Assembly (NCBI GenBank): GCA_039096225.1
Contig: JBBPEB010000034.1
Location: 992,001 to 1,056,000, forward strand
DNA from: Blastocystis sp. Blastoise
Taxonomy: Eukaryota > Protista > Bigyra: Opalinata
DNA: 64,000 nucleotides
Reading direction: 5' to 3'
How positions within the stretch are numbered: the first letter of the stretch is position 1; every line of letters starts with the position of its first letter. Shown here piece by piece: positions 10,991-17,867 of this stretch. The notes beneath the pieces are model-generated. The model was not told the DNA's origin. It saw nothing but the letters and a program-made list of their open reading frames with translations, and did not search any database. The position numbers and the translations under genes are program-made.

Positions 10991-11098
10991 AGAATTCTTG
11001 AATGGTCTAATGGATCTATTAAAGAAATATGTAACTACAGTATCATGGTTCGATTCCGTTAAAATGTTTCCATTAGATTATTCAAGTGTTCTTTTTTT
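10991..11098 (+). ncRNA. Putative Pol III (type 2 promoter) panhandle RNA with VA-RNA/vault-RNA-like architecture
   Basis: A box TGGTCTAATGG (11003-11013), B box GGTTCGATTCC (11047-11057) and T7 terminator (11092-11098). The 5' end (10991-11014) pairs with the 3' end (11069-11092), including G-U pairs. Confidence 0.7.
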
Positions 11099-11145
11099 CT
11101 AGAACCTTCTCGAACATTCTAGAACCTTCTAGAACCTTCTCGAAA
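11096..11145. promoter_or_regulatory. HSE array (10 units) upstream of the SSB-like gene
   Basis: tTTCtaGAAccTTCtcGAAcaTTCtaGAAccTTCtaGAAccTTCtcGAAa, ending about 75 bp before ATG 11221. Confidence 0.8.
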
Positions 11146-11220
11146 ATTGATTCATTTGAAAAGAATATCGTAAAATATTAGTATTAAAATACTTATATTT
11201 TTACTAAATACTTAACTAAA

Positions 11221-11814
11221 ATGTCTTCAACTGAATTTAAGAAACCTGCTATTCTTGATACTTCTAACTTTAATTTACAATGGGATGACACCAAAGAAAA
11301 TGCTGTTCTTTTAAATAATAATCATCGTGTATGTATTTCTACTGATGCTACACCATGTTTATTTGGTTATATTGTTACACGTGACAAATGGACTTTATTA
11401 ACAATTGAAGATGATAATCAAGTATTCTTAACTGCTTATAAAGAACTTTATCGTAAATTATGTGAATTATGTCCTGATGGTGATATTGTTAATTTTGTAC
11501 GTATGGATAATGGTAAATATAAGATTACAATTAAAGTACCTATTAATGCATCGAAGAATGTTACTATTGATATTACTGATAAAAGAGATAAGAAGATTAA
11601 TATCGGTAAAGATCCTAAGTTAACTTACGAAGAAATACGTGAAAAGTATATTCCACCAAATACGTTATGTAAAGTATTATTTACAATACATGGTATTCAT
11701 CGTTATAATAACAAGTATTATATTGGTTTATATGCTCGTTCTATTAAAGTCATCGATAAATCTACGAAGAATACTAATAGTAATGATACTATTATTGATT
11801 TAACTAATTTATAA
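11221..11814 (+). CDS. Probable viral single-stranded DNA-binding protein (OB fold, NCLDV/T7 gp2.5-like)
   Basis: About 200 aa. ISTDATPCLFGY and YYIGLYARSIKV resemble recalled motifs of this SSB family; short acidic/hydrophobic tail. Not searched. Confidence 0.55.
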   Translation: MSSTEFKKPAILDTSNFNLQWDDTKENAVLLNNNHRVCISTDATPCLFGYIVTRDKWTLLTIEDDNQVFLTAYKELYRKLCELCPDGDIVNFVRMDNGKYKITIKVPINASKNVTIDITDKRDKKINIGKDPKLTYEEIREKYIPPNTLCKVLFTIHGIHRYNNKYYIGLYARSIKVIDKSTKNTNSNDTIIDLTNL

Positions 11815-11889
11815 ATTTTTAATGTTAAATTTATTTTTTATTAATATATTTGTTTTGTTTATAAATAATTTTATAATTGAAATAAAAAA

Positions 11890-13518
11890 ATGCAAAGTTG
11901 TATATTAGGAATGCCAAGTCCTGGTACTTTTGGTATGAATTTAATTTCAACTGGAAAAGAATATAGGCGATATAATACACAACCATTACATAAAATGGAT
12001 CAATATAATCCAATATTTCATGAAATAGGTCCAAATTCATCTATGCCTGTGTCTACTTTAGAAAGTAAAGAAATACATGATGGTAAAGAAGATGATTATG
12101 TAGATCGTTCTAAAACATTTGGTAAAGATGCTGTTCCACAAGGAAATGGTGCTTTAATTCGTGCTAGAGCAGCAGGTAAAGGTGTAATGAAAGCAGCTGG
12201 TCCAGAAGAAGATAAAATAGATGGTGAAGATCGTCAATATAAAGTATTAAATCCATGTAAACCAAGACGTAAATCTGGTAGAGGAATTATTCCAAATAAA
12301 TCAGAAATCAATAAATTAGAGAATAATCAAGGTTCTGGTATTGGTGATGCAATTAAAAATAAAGTAAAAGATATGTATCAACGAAATGTATTAGATATAA
12401 GAGATGCTATTGTAGATAAGAAAGCAAATAGAAAAGCTCGTGATGCATTAGCTATTTTAGCTCAATATGTTGGTGACGGTCATCATGATCTTGATGATGA
12501 ATTCAAAAGATTCTATGAACATAAAATTAAACGTGGTGGAAAAATTCCTATATCAGTTGCTTCAGCAATTATGAATGCAATCAAAAATAAGAAAATAATT
12601 AAGAATCCAAAATTAAGAAGAATGTTAAGACCTTCAATTATACCAAAATATATAGATTTAGATTCAGCTCAAAGTGGTGATGGTATATTAAGAGTAAAAA
12701 GAGGTGGTGGATTCTGGAGCGGATTAATGGATTATGCACCAGCTCTATTAGGTGTAGTTGATAAAGGTATGGATTCTTTTGCTAAAGGTAGAAAAGCTTA
12801 TTATGATACACATTTGGCACAACAATCAAGTGAATTAAATGATATGGAATTTGAAATGGAAAAATTAAAACGTCAACAAGCATTAAATGAAATGAAAAAA
12901 CAAATAGGTTCAGGAAATACTATAAATAAGATGTTTGAAGGATATTATGATGTAGCTGATGAAATGCAAGATGCTCTTGACGAAGATGATAGATTACATC
13001 CACAACCCGTTGTTCAACCTCCACCACCTCCACAACAACAAGTTGTTAGACCTCCTCAACCTCAACCTCCTCAACCTTATAAACCAATGTCTCGTGATGA
13101 ACAAAGTTATCCTTATAAGATTTATGGTTTCCCTCAAAATGATAAAGAGAAAGTCGATAGAAAATGGAAAGAAGATGAAAGGGATAAACGAATAGCTGCA
13201 AGAAGAGCTAAACGTAGAGGATATGGTGGTCGAGTTAAATTAAGTAAAGAAGAATTCTTAGAACGAATGAGAAGAGGAAAAGAAGCTAAAAAGAAAAGAG
13301 GTGGTGAATTACCTCCATTGGTAACAGCTTATACAGATTTTGTAATACCTGCACAAGTAGAACAAAGGAAACGTAAAGTAGCTAAAAATGATTTAAAACA
13401 ATTGCAAATTATAAAACAGAAAATGGATAATAATGAAATATTAGATAGAGGTGAACAAATGTTTTGGAAAGAAAAGAAGTATATGTTATCAAAAAACTCA
13501 GGGGAGGGGATCTGGTAA
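11890..13518 (+). CDS. Basic core/DNA-condensing-like precursor with repeated G-x-G / GG putative protease sites
   Basis: K/R-rich with a Pro/Gln tract. Motifs SGRGI, QGSGI, KRGGK, SGDGI, KRGGGF, IGSGN, YGGR, KRGGE, SGEGI. Lies directly upstream of an adenain-like protease. Confidence 0.65.
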   Translation: MQSCILGMPSPGTFGMNLISTGKEYRRYNTQPLHKMDQYNPIFHEIGPNSSMPVSTLESKEIHDGKEDDYVDRSKTFGKDAVPQGNGALIRARAAGKGVMKAAGPEEDKIDGEDRQYKVLNPCKPRRKSGRGIIPNKSEINKLENNQGSGIGDAIKNKVKDMYQRNVLDIRDAIVDKKANRKARDALAILAQYVGDGHHDLDDEFKRFYEHKIKRGGKIPISVASAIMNAIKNKKIIKNPKLRRMLRPSIIPKYIDLDSAQSGDGILRVKRGGGFWSGLMDYAPALLGVVDKGMDSFAKGRKAYYDTHLAQQSSELNDMEFEMEKLKRQQALNEMKKQIGSGNTINKMFEGYYDVADEMQDALDEDDRLHPQPVVQPPPPPQQQVVRPPQPQPPQPYKPMSRDEQSYPYKIYGFPQNDKEKVDRKWKEDERDKRIAARRAKRRGYGGRVKLSKEEFLERMRRGKEAKKKRGGELPPLVTAYTDFVIPAQVEQRKRKVAKNDLKQLQIIKQKMDNNEILDRGEQMFWKEKKYMLSKNSGEGIW

Positions 13519-13610
13519 AGAGTAAAGATGAGAAACTTATTCAAAATTCAATGAATTGTGATAATCCTATTATATCTGATAAAACTCGTCATGTTACTCC
13601 TAGATCCCCT
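13491..13610 (+). other. Putative programmed -1 ribosomal frameshift signal
   Basis: In-phase A_AAA_AAC at 13491-13497, a 7-nt spacer, then a stem pairing 13505-13532 with 13585-13610. The -1 frame is the protease ORF. Confidence 0.75.
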
Positions 13611-14084
13611 GATAATTTTAAACAAACTCTATCTCAATATTGTAATATACCCAATTCTTTAATATCTCAATTATATAATTATGCTTATTTAAATAAACCT
13701 ACCTCTTCTGTTGCTTGTGATCGTGCTGAAAATGTTATGAAACAATTAAATAAAACAAATTCTCAATCTTATAATTATTATAATAGTTATGATGATTTTG
13801 AACAAAATATAGATCAAGATCAAACTAAATTTAATATGATCTTTCATGAAAGTCCTAGTGATCCTTATAATGGTCATTTTGAAGCTGTTATTTATAATGG
13901 TAATAAAAACATAGAACACTATTCATCATTAGGAAATAAACCTACTTTTTCAAAATCATTTATTCAAAATCATAATATTCAATATAATCCTATTCAACAC
14001 CAAAAAACTACAAGTAATGCAAATGGTTGCTTTTATTATTCTTTACTTTATTTACTTTCTAATGGAAATCTTATGCCTTGTTAA
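13497..14084 (+). CDS. Adenain-like (Polinton/PLV-type) cysteine maturation protease; -1 frame relative to the core ORF; first in-frame ATG at 13551
   Basis: NGHFEAV (catalytic His), HYSSLG (FDSFG-like position), IQYNPIQHQ (oxyanion Gln), NGCFYYSLLYL (catalytic Cys). Same order as adenovirus/Polinton proteases. Confidence 0.75.
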   Translation, partial: LRGGDLVKSKDEKLIQNSMNCDNPIISDKTRHVTPRSPDNFKQTLSQYCNIPNSLISQLYNYAYLNKPTSSVACDRAENVMKQLNKTNSQSYNYYNSYDDFEQNIDQDQTKFNMIFHESPSDPYNGHFEAVIYNGNKNIEHYSSLGNKPTFSKSFIQNHNIQYNPIQHQKTTSNANGCFYYSLLYLLSNGNLMPC

Positions 14085-14087
14085 AAC

Positions 14088-14107
14088 CTTCTAGAATATT
14101 CTAGAAT
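14088..14107. promoter_or_regulatory. HSE (4 units)
   Basis: cTTCtaGAAtaTTCtaGAAt upstream of ATG 14171. Confidence 0.65.
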
Positions 14108-14170
14108 CTCTAATTTATTATATTAATATTTTGTATAATTAATTTGTTTTGTTTATTATTTAATACTATA

Positions 14171-14326
14171 ATGACAAAGAAACGATTTGGCAATTACTAC
14201 TTAGATCGTAGTGCAGAAACTTTAGAGAATGTAAATGAAATACTGTCAGTTATTGAAATTGTTCTTATTATTATATATATTTTACTTTACTTTTATATGT
14301 CCAAGAAACGTTCTAGAACATTCTAG
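14171..14326 (+). CDS. Small single-pass membrane protein (51 aa)
   Basis: MTKKRFG... with hydrophobic ILSVIEIVLIIIYILLYFYM followed by basic KKRSR; has its own upstream HSE cassette. Confidence 0.55.
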   Translation: MTKKRFGNYYLDRSAETLENVNEILSVIEIVLIIIYILLYFYMSKKRSRTF

Positions 14327-14334
14327 AACATTCA
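14310..14334. promoter_or_regulatory. HSE (5 units)
   Basis: gTTCtaGAAcaTTCtaGAAcaTTCa, overlapping the stop of the 51-aa ORF and upstream of ATG 14429. Confidence 0.65.
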
Positions 14335-14428
14335 TTTTGAACTGGCTCTATTTGTAGAATCTTTAATTTATTATATTAGTGTTTTATATAATTAATTTGT
14401 TTTGTTTAATCATTGGTTAATTTAAATA

Positions 14429-14803
14429 ATGAACAAGAAATATCTTAGTTATTCTTATTTTTGTCGTGTGATGAAGAATCTAAAAGAAGAAGGAATTAAA
14501 TCTAAAAAGAATGAAATAGCGAATCTATTAGAACAATTTTTAAATAACAATAACAGCAAAAATCTTAGTGATTTACAACTAAGTTATTGTAGAAATATGT
14601 TACTTTATATAGATGATCCTGTGATTCATCAACGTCTTGAAATGCTATTGGATAAACAATATATGAAGAATGAGAATCAATATCAAGATGATAAGAATCT
14701 TATTCAACCCAATAATATGTTTATGCCTACTATGAAAAGTAATCAACAACAAAATCAATACCAAAATAATAATAATAATCTATCTTTCTTACCTTTTAAT
14801 TAA
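14429..14803 (+). CDS. Viral hypothetical protein (helical, Q/N-rich tail)
   Basis: 124-aa ATG ORF with an upstream cassette shared with ORF 14171. Confidence 0.65.
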   Translation: MNKKYLSYSYFCRVMKNLKEEGIKSKKNEIANLLEQFLNNNNSKNLSDLQLSYCRNMLLYIDDPVIHQRLEMLLDKQYMKNENQYQDDKNLIQPNNMFMPTMKSNQQQNQYQNNNNNLSFLPFN

Positions 14804-14876
14804 TTTTTATATCCTTTTATTACTAGTTGTTTAGTTATATTCAAAATTAAAACAAAACAAACATAAAAACATAAAA

Positions 14877-15812
14877 TTATTCAATTAATTTTTTAAATAA
14901 ATTATTATTTTCTAAAGATACATAAGAATTAATATGTGTATAATCATTATGACATAAAGCAGAAGCAGAATTTTCTATATCTTGGAATGTATTGGTTGTA
15001 GTTGTAGCATATAATTTTCTTAATGCATTAATGGTTAATTTTGGATGGATTTGTTTTAAATGCTTATTCACAAACCAATCAAATGCTTTAGTAGTAAATC
15101 CAGTTCTTACAGAAGATTCAAATATAAATTTACGATTTGGATTTCTTTTTAAGAGTAATTCTAGATCTTCAATCAATTCTTTTGGTGCATCTAATTGAAT
15201 TGTAGAGTATTTACCAGCAGTTTTATAATCATTCAATAGAATAGAACCAGTGTGTTTCTCTTTATCATAAACAATATAATTCTTATGAATAACTGGATCA
15301 ATAGTGTCTTCTGGAGTTAGAATGAATAATTGAGCATAATCAGCACGAGCAGGAGGAAGATAGGAGTAAAAATCTAATATTAATCGTAATGGATTATAAT
15401 TTTCTAATTTATCGTGATATTCATGTAAATATGGAGTCGTAATACCATCTTTAATAAGATCTTGAATCAAAGTGCGTTTCTTATTATCCAGATATTTTTC
15501 ATACATAGAATTGATAATCACATAAAATTCACACCATTTATTTAAAATACCTTCTTTATTTAATGAAGAAACATTACGTATAATAAATAATATCAATTCA
15601 CATAACGATTTCATTGGACTAATTTTGATTTTACGTTCATTTACCATATAATCCATGAATGAATAAGGATTCTTTAAGAATTCTGAGAATTTTTTAAATG
15701 GTAATGGGAAAATATATAAGTTGAAATAATTGGTTAAACGTTTTTTCCAAATATCAGAATAATTTGAATTCTGTATAACAGAAAGATACTTGTCATAATT
15801 TGTATTTTTCAT
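14877..15812 (-). CDS. Second tyrosine recombinase (PLV/virophage/NCLDV type)
   Basis: LPPARADY (R), NYIVY, LNDYKTAGKY (K), FIF, NALRKLYAT (R), ALCHN (H), HINSY (Y). First ATG is at 15812. Confidence 0.85.
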   Translation of the reverse strand: MKNTNYDKYLSVIQNSNYSDIWKKRLTNYFNLYIFPLPFKKFSEFLKNPYSFMDYMVNERKIKISPMKSLCELILFIIRNVSSLNKEGILNKWCEFYVIINSMYEKYLDNKKRTLIQDLIKDGITTPYLHEYHDKLENYNPLRLILDFYSYLPPARADYAQLFILTPEDTIDPVIHKNYIVYDKEKHTGSILLNDYKTAGKYSTIQLDAPKELIEDLELLLKRNPNRKFIFESSVRTGFTTKAFDWFVNKHLKQIHPKLTINALRKLYATTTTNTFQDIENSASALCHNDYTHINSYVSLENNNLFKKLIE

Positions 15813-15899
15813 TGATTTTCTCAAGTAGAATCTTTAAAACTTCTATTTTCAAAAGAATAATACATAAGAAAATCAAAATAAAATATCTAAGATTCTCAT

Positions 15900-15949
15900 G
15901 TTCTCGAATGTTCTAGAAGTTTCGAGAATGTTCTAGAATATTCTAGAAA
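15900..15949. promoter_or_regulatory. HSE array (10 units) upstream of the second tyrosine recombinase
   Basis: gTTCtcGAAtgTTCtaGAAgtTTCgaGAAtgTTCtaGAAtaTTCtaGAAa, about 88 bp upstream of ATG 15812 (minus strand). Confidence 0.8.
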
Positions 15950-16547
15950 ATTTATATTTTTCCATAACGGTTACCCTTGTTTCCAAAAGTCTCTCGTTAT
16001 AATCGTGGTGGTGGGTACATCTTTTTACAAGACCACACCACCACCAGCTTTTCTTTCACCCACTATAAATACATACCTTGATCACTTTACTCTTTTTATA
16101 TAATTTTTTTATGATTATCATGACTTTTTATATTATTTATTGATCACTATACATACATTTTTATTTTTATATATTCCCGTGATTATTTTTATTATTTCTT
16201 TTTAGATAGAACCATCCATTTCATCTTTTCTCTATATAAAGGGAGGGTCGGGGTGTGTGTTTATTTAGCACATTCTGTGCTTCTTTTCGTATTTCTTTCT
16301 GTATTCCCGTGATTATTTTACTCACTTTACCAACGATGGAGTCATTTTCCATGAATATTCCCTGTAAAGGGGAGGGTTGGACTGTGTATTTTATTTCTTT
16401 TATGATTACTATGAGTTTCTCCTTGATCACTTTACGTTTCACGTTGGAATCGGAACACAAATAAATTAAAAATAAATAAACATGGGAAAAAATAAATACA
16501 CACACACACTACCCTACACTCCCATGGTTATTTTACTTCAGAAATGT

Positions 16548-16673
16548 TATTAATTCTTCCGTCGAGAACAAAAAGGGGGGATGACTTCCCCGCTTATGGC
16601 TGCGCGCGTCGCGCAGACTCTATGCGGGGTTTGCATACCCCCTTCTGCAGTTCGAAGAACGGAAGAATTAATA
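16548..16673. repeat. GC-rich imperfect palindrome/hairpin at the inferred provirus end
   Basis: Nested arms TATTAATTCTTCCGT/ACGGAAGAATTAATA, GAAC/GTTC, AAGGGGG/CCCCCTT, CCCCGC/GCGGGG, CTGCGCG/CGCGCAG. Confidence 0.9.
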
Positions 16674-17831
16674 TAAATTACCAGATGATGTAACCCTGTT
16701 CATATTTTCTTCAGGTGGTTTTCTGGTTAAAGAATCTGAATCAATCAAAAGCATAATAGGTTATGACTCCATTTCAACTCTCAACTTATATATATGTTTA
16801 GTATGATTTATTATATATTATATATCTATTTATATATAGGTACAATTAAGATGTCAATATAATAGTGAAACACTATTTTGCCATTGTACATGTAAATAAA
16901 TATTTTATTATATATATATATATATTTTATATAGTTCCACTATGGAATATATTTGGAAAAGAACAAAAACTTGCATGTGGATCAGTTCATTTCGACTGTA
17001 TATTGAATTAATTTTTGTTTTCAAACAATAAATCTATTGAATTATCACTTTTGTATATAGATACATGTGATCTACATCAATTTCTAATGTCATACAAAAA
17101 CTATAAAGTTCGTATCGACATTATTTCTTTAGAATGTATGTTATATTTTCATCAATTAGTTATTTATTCTTTCAAAATGATGTTTATAGACACAAAACAG
17201 ACTATATGTATTGAATATGACTCACGACCATGCAATTCTAGAGTATTTTATAATATGAAAAAGCTGCAAATAAGCTGTATATATATTTATTATTATTAAA
17301 TTATATTTATTTTGTATAGTGGGGGAACTGGATCGAACAGCTACAAAATATTTACAACAACTTTTAGAATCCTCCTTTTTTGTTTGTGATAATATTGTTA
17401 TAACAGGTATTTATTTTATTATTATATATTATTTATATAGGTGAAAAAATTCCTGAATGGGTACGTACATCTCTTCAATACGTATCAGGCATAAAAAATA
17501 TTAATATAAATTGGGACTTATCATGTATTATTTTATTTTTAATATATAATATCTCCATATTTATAGTACACACAATATTTGACTATGAAATATTACCTAA
17601 TATAAATGAAAATTCTGTGGATGGTATATATATATATATATTTTCATTATGTGCTTTGTAAAATATATTCTAATTACTATAGTAAATCTTCAGACTCCAA
17701 TGCCTATACAGAACAGCTCTCCAATATCATTAATAAGTGTTCAGTCAATAAATTCTATTATGGAGAATAAATGCATTTATGACCCAATTAAAGGTATGTG
17801 TTATGATTGTATTGATTAAAAAACGATTTAG

Positions 17832-17867
<36 letters not shown>

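Larger units (their letters stand above)
1..16673. mobile_element. Endogenous Polinton-like/virophage-like DNA virus, right portion (left end outside window)
   Basis: Dense intronless ORFs, unlike the intron-rich host. Encodes an AEP-SF3 primase-helicase, two tyrosine recombinases, an adenain-like protease and an SSB-like protein. The right boundary is inferred where a GC-rich hairpin (16548-16673) meets a truncated spliced gene. Confidence 0.85.

Noticed and set aside
10996-11068. tRNA gene suggested by the D-loop-like and T-loop-like boxes
   Set aside because: No acceptor stem or anticodon arm can be formed. The 5' end pairs with 11069-11092 instead, so it was called a non-tRNA Pol III RNA.
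16221-16505. Overlapping short ORFs near the provirus end
   Set aside because: Non-ATG starts, no recognisable motifs, and they overlap a repeat-motif region.
1-16673. Classification as a canonical Maverick/Polinton, a Helitron, or bacterial/phage contamination
   Set aside because: No pPolB, retroviral-type integrase or HUH-Rep is visible. The sequence is contiguous with spliced host-type DNA and carries eukaryotic promoter motifs (HSE, CCAAT, Pol III boxes). A misassembly cannot be excluded without reads.
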